Assembly (NCBI GenBank): GCA_964658305.1
Contig: OZ210884.1
Coordinates: forward strand, 6,696,001 to 6,760,000
Direction of reading: 5' to 3'
From: Leptogorgia sarmentosa
Lineage: Eukaryota
DNA: 64,000 nt
Within the stretch, counting starts at the first letter, position 1, and each line of letters begins with the position of its first letter. The position numbers were made by a program, and so were the translations under genes. Positions 60,816 through 64,000 of this stretch are shown here, piece after piece. Under the pieces are notes generated by a model. It saw nothing but the letters and a program-made list of their open reading frames with translations, searched no databases and was not told the origin of the DNA.

Positions 60816-61739
60816 ATGATATCAGCCATCAGGGATAACAAGTGACTAGACCCAGTTCTCTGCTCGATCCGGTAATGGCTAAACAAGGCTCCGTCCAGCA
60901 CTGAAATCGAAGGTGCACGTGTGTCAGTCATAACCACAAAGAAATGAAAGATTTTGCTATAAGTTTTGTTGTTTGTACAGAAATTATATTGGTTACATTA
61001 ATTTCGTTACACTGAATCGTTACACTGGTGATAATATAGCTAGTCTTTACGATATACCCACGTACATTTATACGTTTTGGCTTAAAATGAATCGGATAGT
61101 GTCATTATCTTGAAGTCCAGTAGCTTTCAATCTTTTCTAAATTAAAATTGCATCTGCAGGGAATTTCTTTGCCGTAACACAATGGCGGCTAACAGTTGTT
61201 CTTCTCTGTCGTGCGTTTGAAATCTTCGTATTTTACTTTGTTTTATTGCGGGCGACATTTTAAAAATCTCGTGACTCGTTAAGCATTTTCCGTGCAGGAT
61301 AAAGTGCGAGATTGTCAACCTCGTACTAGGTTGCAAGATTGTCTGATCGTAATGACCGTTTTTCATTTCATCAGGGGTGATGCCGGTTTCGGCCCTCAAA
61401 AATAATACTTAGTCATGATTCGGTACAATGCTAGCTATAACAATATTTCCTCTTAATTAAAACAGTGGCACAGTCGTGCGGGCTCAGGGAAACTTAAACA
61501 CCACTTAACCGTATATTATTGGGCATGAAAAGGTAACTATAAAGTAAATAAGACGAGGGTTAATGCATGCACTCAACACACAATGCTCTACACTCTATGA
61601 CAATTGAATAACAAGTACGGATGTCTTTTGACTTTTAAAGCGGAAATAACATTACAAAACAATTACTGAATTAATATTCGTGCATAACTGGAAGAATTAT
61701 TAACACCTCATGTATTCATTTTCGCATAAATATTATATA

Positions 61740-63151
61740 TTATTATATGGCTGACATAAATGGCGCACGCTGATTGGTTGATTAGCGGTCCGGAAAAAGT
61801 CATCTTGCCCGCTCAGGAAAGTCATCTTGCCCGCTCAGGAAAGTCATCTTGCCCGCTCGTGAAACTATTATACAAATTAAATTTTTAAGGAAACTAAATC
61901 TTATTATGCCGTACGGTGACGTTGAAGAACACTCCCCGATTGAATTTTACTGTCCCAGAAAAACACACGATCCAAAATGCTGAGTTTTAAAGTGAAAATA
62001 ACGGCGAACAAAACAACAGTTCGAAAACTGTTGCGAACATTGTTTTCACAGCACTTAAATGGCTTCATTTCGCATCGAACATTTGTTGTTTATCACGACA
62101 TTTACATTGTATTTCTTTATTCAATTTTTTCCTTTGTTGTATTTTTATTGTTTTGTTGTAATTGTACAGCAGTGAACGGCCAGAAACCGCCATTCAGTAT
62201 GCGAGTGTATACGGCTGAACGTTTCAGCAGCGAAAGTGTTTTCTAGTTCTTTCTACAATGTCAGAACAAATTGCGATCGAACAAAGCCATATAATAAATC
62301 CCTTATTAACCTCGTTTTCTCAGTCTGTACGGGAAAGTATTGCCTTCGGTTTTTAACGCACAGACCTCGCTCCTTCGTCGCTCGGTCTGTACGAAAACCC
62401 TCAGGCAATACTTTCCCGTACAGACCTCGCACTCGGTTAATAATAAGGACTTATTAACCGAGTGCGAGGTCTGTACGGGAAAGTATTGCCTGAGGTTTTT
62501 CGTACAGACCGAGCGACGAAGGAGCGAGGTCTGTGCGTTAAAAACCGAAGGCAATACTTTCCCGTACAGACCGAGCAAACGAGGTTAATAAGGGATTTAT
62601 TATATGGCTTTGTTCGATCGCAATTTGTTCTGACATTGTAGAAAGAACTAGAAAACACTTTCGCTGCTGAAACGTTCAGCCGTATACACTGGCATACTGA
62701 ATGGCGGTTTCTGGCCGTTCACTGCTGTACAACAACAAAACAATAAAAATACAACAAAGGAAAAAATTGAATAAAAAAATATAATGTAAATGTCGTGATA
62801 AACAACAAATGTTCGATGCGAAATGAAGCCAATTAAGTGCTGTGAAAACAATGTTCGTAACAGTTTTCGAACTGTTGTTTTGTTCGCCGTTATTTTCACT
62901 TTAAAACTCAGCATTTTGGATCGTGTGTTTTTCTGGGACAGCAAAATTCAATCGGGGAGTGTTCTTCAACGTCACCGTACGGCATAATAAGATTTAGTTT
63001 CCTTAAAAATTTAATTTGTATAATAGTTTCACGAGCGGGCAAGATGACTTTCCTGAGCGGGCAAGATGACTTTCCTGAGCGGGCAAGATGACTTTTTCCA
63101 GACCGCTAATCAACCAATCAGCGTGCGGCATTTATGTCAGCCATATAATAA
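61740..63151. mobile_element. 1.4-kb palindrome made of two inverted copies of a ~700-bp non-autonomous element, each with nested inverted repeats
   Basis: Arms 61740-62443 and 62451-63151 with a 7-bp spacer taaggac. Each arm holds 3x 22-bp aaagtcatcttgcccgctcagg and a ~140-bp internal hairpin ttattaacc...ggttaataa. Confidence 0.9.
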
Positions 63152-63620
63152 GTCCTTATTAAATCCTCAATTTACGTCAAACGAATTGTCTTATTTTCAA
63201 TTAAAATGATTAGGCTACATCTTGCTTAGTGTGTGCAACTTCCATGTTATAAAGCGGGTGTGTGTACATACAAACACATAAACACGTAATGTGTGTACAT
63301 TACTTCCTTCACTTCAATCTCAATTGCAACCACTTGGTGTAAATTTCCAGTGCATTCTAATTATTATGGTGGCGAAAAATAATTATCATGCTGTTTTCGT
63401 TGTTGTTAGTGCTGAAATCTATAATACATCAAAAGTATTTAGATTTGAGAGGATTCCTTGCAAGTGAATAATAATAATGTAGAAAGATGCAATTGAATAA
63501 CGCAATTGTTAGTCAAGAACGTAATTTTTCAGCTTACAAGACAAAACTCTTCAATCAGATTCAGTGGCTAAGCTGTACAATTGTTTAATTTGCTTAATTG
63601 CTTTCAACCTTTTCATTATA

Positions 63621-64000
63621 CAGGGTGTCTCAAAAAAAGGTAATCGAACTTTGGCATGCCATTGCGCGTTAATTACTGGGTGTATGTCTGTATGAACGTA
63701 ATTTTTGCATGGTCATAAAGATCAGGGTCTCGGCTGTTGAATGACATGTTTTTTTTGTCATTATGAGCAAAGCAGAACGAACATGAGAGCGATTAAAATT
63801 GACGGTCGAAATTGCAAGTATTGCATATTTTCACCTCTGTGCCTAATTAAAGCAGTGCATAACAAAAGAAAAATGCAATTCATCACGAATGTGTCATGGT
63901 AACAAAGATTTTATCAGGATTATTAATAATTATGCATAATCAGGTCGATTGTTGAAGGGAAGGTCGTCATCTTCGAGTCCCAGAGGGAGTTAATTTTGAA
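63621..64000. mobile_element. Second copy of the Tc1/mariner MITE (opposite orientation, runs off the window)
   Basis: TA|CAGGGTGTCTCAAAAAAAGGTAATCG; the interior is the reverse complement of ~17023-17190. Confidence 0.88.

Noticed and set aside
61365..61396. GAAAC and CTGATGA close together on the minus strand as a third hammerhead
   Set aside because: No consistent stems II and III could be formed.
61977..62944. Mirror-image ORF pairs on both strands
   Set aside because: They are a by-product of the palindrome and contain no recognisable domain.

Overview
AT-rich animal genomic DNA with GT-AG introns. The gene and repeat repertoire suggests a cnidarian, possibly an octocoral; this is an inference only. 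Housekeeping and metabolic genes: the 3' part of GTF2H1 (TFIIH p62), an RDH8/HSD17B1-like SDR, a TMEM86A-like lysoplasmalogenase and an intronless gamma-glutamyl hydrolase. There are four intronless rhodopsin-class GPCRs, three of them tandem paralogues. Four putative immunity/cell-death genes were reconstructed by hand from splice sites: a ~1084-aa Schlafen-domain protein with a duplicated helical module and a disordered tail; a death-domain TNF receptor; a PAN-EGF-fibrinogen protein; and a caspase whose prodomain is a TPR array instead of CARD/DED. Mobile DNA includes a young CsRn1-type Gypsy element with apparently identical LTRs and a single in-frame Gag-integrase ORF lacking protease and RT. 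There is also a Penelope-type inverted insertion carrying two minimal hammerhead ribozymes, a 1.4-kb nested palindrome, and several MITEs. All calls come from reading the sequence and recalling motifs; no database searches were run.
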